Below, piece after piece: positions 61,526 through 64,000 of a stretch of DNA of 64,000 nucleotides. Where the stretch lies: positions 372,001 to 436,000 of the forward strand of contig CM022670.1 in assembly GCA_012295275.1 (NCBI GenBank), in the 5' to 3' direction. The position numbers and the translations under genes were made by a program. Below the pieces are notes generated by a model. The model was not told where the DNA came from and did not search any database. It saw only the letters and a program-made list of their open reading frames with translations. This DNA is from Chrysomallon squamiferum. Taxonomy: Eukaryota > Animalia > Mollusca. How positions within the stretch are numbered: the stretch's first letter is position 1; every line of letters begins with the position of its first letter.

Positions 61526-63449
61526 GAACCCCAAAGGACATCATTACAGATCTACTGAATAATCTGTATCAGTCTTTTTGTCGCCGCCTCTGAAGAAATC
61601 ATTATCTTTTAAGAATTGCACGTCCTACTGGTGGTTAAAGAATTATCATTTGTTATTTGTGGATTTACACGTCAAATTAGTTCCCAAAACTGTCATGTCT
61701 AGGATTTAGGGAAAATGCTGCATTTTCATTGGACCAAGTAAGGCTATTGGTAACGTCTCACTTATCTATGATGTAATAATGTTGCTAGGCAGCACACAAA
61801 TTAAGGTCAAGGCTAAACATTTAAGACTATGGCTAAATTTTTAACAGCTTTTTAATTCTTGGACTGATGTACGAATGTGTATGTATGTATGTATGTATGT
61901 TCGTATGTATATATATGTAAGTATGTAGAAATGTATGTATATATATATATAAGATAGATAAACAGAACACAGAAATCAACATACAAAATATGCATTCATC
62001 TTGTAGAAAATTGATACATGAATAATTACGTCGAAATTGAGATGAATGCCATTTTTGATAAATGAACTGGTATAATACCAAGTAGCTCCTGTAAAGCGAC
62101 CTCTGCATACTTACCTCCCTTAAAAATAGTCCATTTTCATTGCTTTTTGTACGAACTATCTGTTCACGTTACTATTAAATTAATATAAAAATAATAATAA
62201 ATAATAAATAAAATCTGAATTTCCCTCGATCCCAGTCAAACAAAATATTACTAAAGCTTTTCGCCGACTTAAACCTTAATAATTATTCCTTTTCCGCATA
62301 TTTTCGAAATCCCGACTATAGGAAATCTCATTTACGCGTTTGAACCATACAGCACTCGATTACTTAATGGTCCATTCCCTGGAAATCAAAATTCTTAATT
62401 TCGGATACACGTCACGCTTGACTTCACGTGCAACCTCACACTGTGAACTAATGATAATTATATGTTTATTTTAGATATAAATTTCGCTTTTATTTTTTTT
62501 CCGCTAATCATTTTGTACCCAGTCACCCAGTAACCTACTGAATCCACCCCAGCTTTCGTTCTTCCAGCTTCCTGTTTCGGATTCTTCTTCTTCTGTCATC
62601 TCGCCTTCTCTTCTTCTTCTTTCTTATAATAATAATAATAATAATAATAATAAGAAGAAGAAGAAGAAGAAGAAAAAGAAGAAAAAGAAGAAGAAGAGAA
62701 ACAGTAGCAGCTACAACTGCAACATTAATAATAACAATGTCCGAAACTCAATAACAATACCTACAGAGTAATAATAATGATGATGATGAAAATAATGCTG
62801 ATAATAATAATAAAAAATAACAACTGCAAAAAAAAAAAAAAAAAAAAAAGAACATAAGAAGAAAAAAAAAGAAGCAATACATAGCATTCAAAAACAATTA
62901 TTAAATCAATGGAATTTTATTGCACTGAAGCTTATCATAGAATATCCAAAAATAAAACGAGGTCAACATGACTGATTTTTATTTCCAAATCAATAAATTA
63001 TATTGATCAGGAATTTTTGAAGACGGATTTAATGATAGTTATTATGACAAATCGAATCTTACAGAAAAAAAAAACCGTTACAGGATATGAAGGAAATTAA
63101 ATAATATCGGCTTTTTATTTTTTTTTTTTTTACTTTTTCTTTTTCGTTTTCATTTTCTTCGTCTTCTTCTTCTTCTTCTTCTTCTTCGAGGAGTTTACGA
63201 AAATAGCTTAAATATTAAAAGAAATATTGTTTGTGGAATATAAATAATAATTAAATTAACTCAGCTTCAGAAAATTAATCTTACGTAATTTTGCTAATTA
63301 TTTCAATGGCGACGCTGAATCGTATTTCTGAAGGCTCTACGCTTCACTGTTTATTTAAATACAAATATTTAATATAAAAATGAATTAAAATCATTATTAA
63401 ACAAAATAAAATAATATATAATGATTATAATGATGATAATATATTCCTC

Positions 63450-63671
63450 CATGCGTATATATACAGACACACCCATACATACATATATGCTTACATGTAA
63501 ACATACATTCATGTATGCACATACATACCTGCCAATACGTACGGGCGTGCTTTACATACATATATACACACGCACATATTACATACATAGATGCATGCTG
63601 TACCATACACACATATACATGCAAAAACATACATACGTACTGTTTACATATATACACACTTTATACATACA

Positions 63672-63705
<34 letters not shown>

Positions 63706-63762
63706 CACACATTATACTTACATGCTTGCATACATACATACATACATACATACATACATACA
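63450..63762. repeat. Degenerate (CATA)n/(CA)n low-complexity tract
   Basis: Directly visible; explains the cluster of YIHT/CMYV ORFs. Confidence 0.9.
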
Positions 63763-64000
63763 GACGGGCAAAGAAAATACTCAGATACATACAAAAGAAA
63801 ATATTGTATGTGCGCAGTAATTCAAACCAACGTGCATTTAAATTATTATTTATTAACTCGCCTGCTGCACGGAATCTCTCTGGGCATACATTAATCAACA
63901 TATGGCAGTTGTCACTCGGTAGAAACTATTCCAGTTAACTTGTAATATATAGTGTACACTTTTTGTTATTGTTATACAGGTGCGAGTCACTGATTCACGC

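Overview
AT-rich, microsatellite-dense, intron-containing eukaryotic DNA. It looks like an invertebrate, probably mollusc-like; the taxon is inferred from repeat style and gene structure only. I reconstructed four spliced genes by hand from GT-AG sites and phase-consistent reading frames. (1, 2) A tail-to-tail pair of glyoxylate/hydroxypyruvate reductase (GRHPR-like) paralogs, + 9950-11540 and - 15182-13543, with identical intron positions. They differ at the cofactor-specificity loop (Asp vs Asn-Ser-Lys-Arg). Only the minus copy has a 41-aa presequence-like N-terminal extension, and it also has a 1-nt frameshift in exon 2. (3) An 11-exon, ~1153-aa predicted single-pass membrane protein (+ 23706-32373) with an architecture I do not recognise in animals: Ser/Thr mucin-like ectodomain, TM helix, DCC-P1-like PPDLW motif, three SH3 domains, long Pro-rich region, fourth degenerate SH3 and a C-terminal PDZ-type motif. 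This is the top finding. (4) A 14-exon acylglycerol kinase (AGK; - 41736-35238). Also present: a decayed Gypsy-like gag fragment, an RTE-type LINE 3' end, degenerate SINE-like pieces, a ~1.6-kb 35-bp minisatellite, a ~50-bp periodic repeat and many microsatellites. From ~42 kb to the end no coding exon is recognisable; the region is CpG-retaining and looks regulatory or intronic. Nearly all short ORFs in the supplied track are microsatellite or antisense artefacts.
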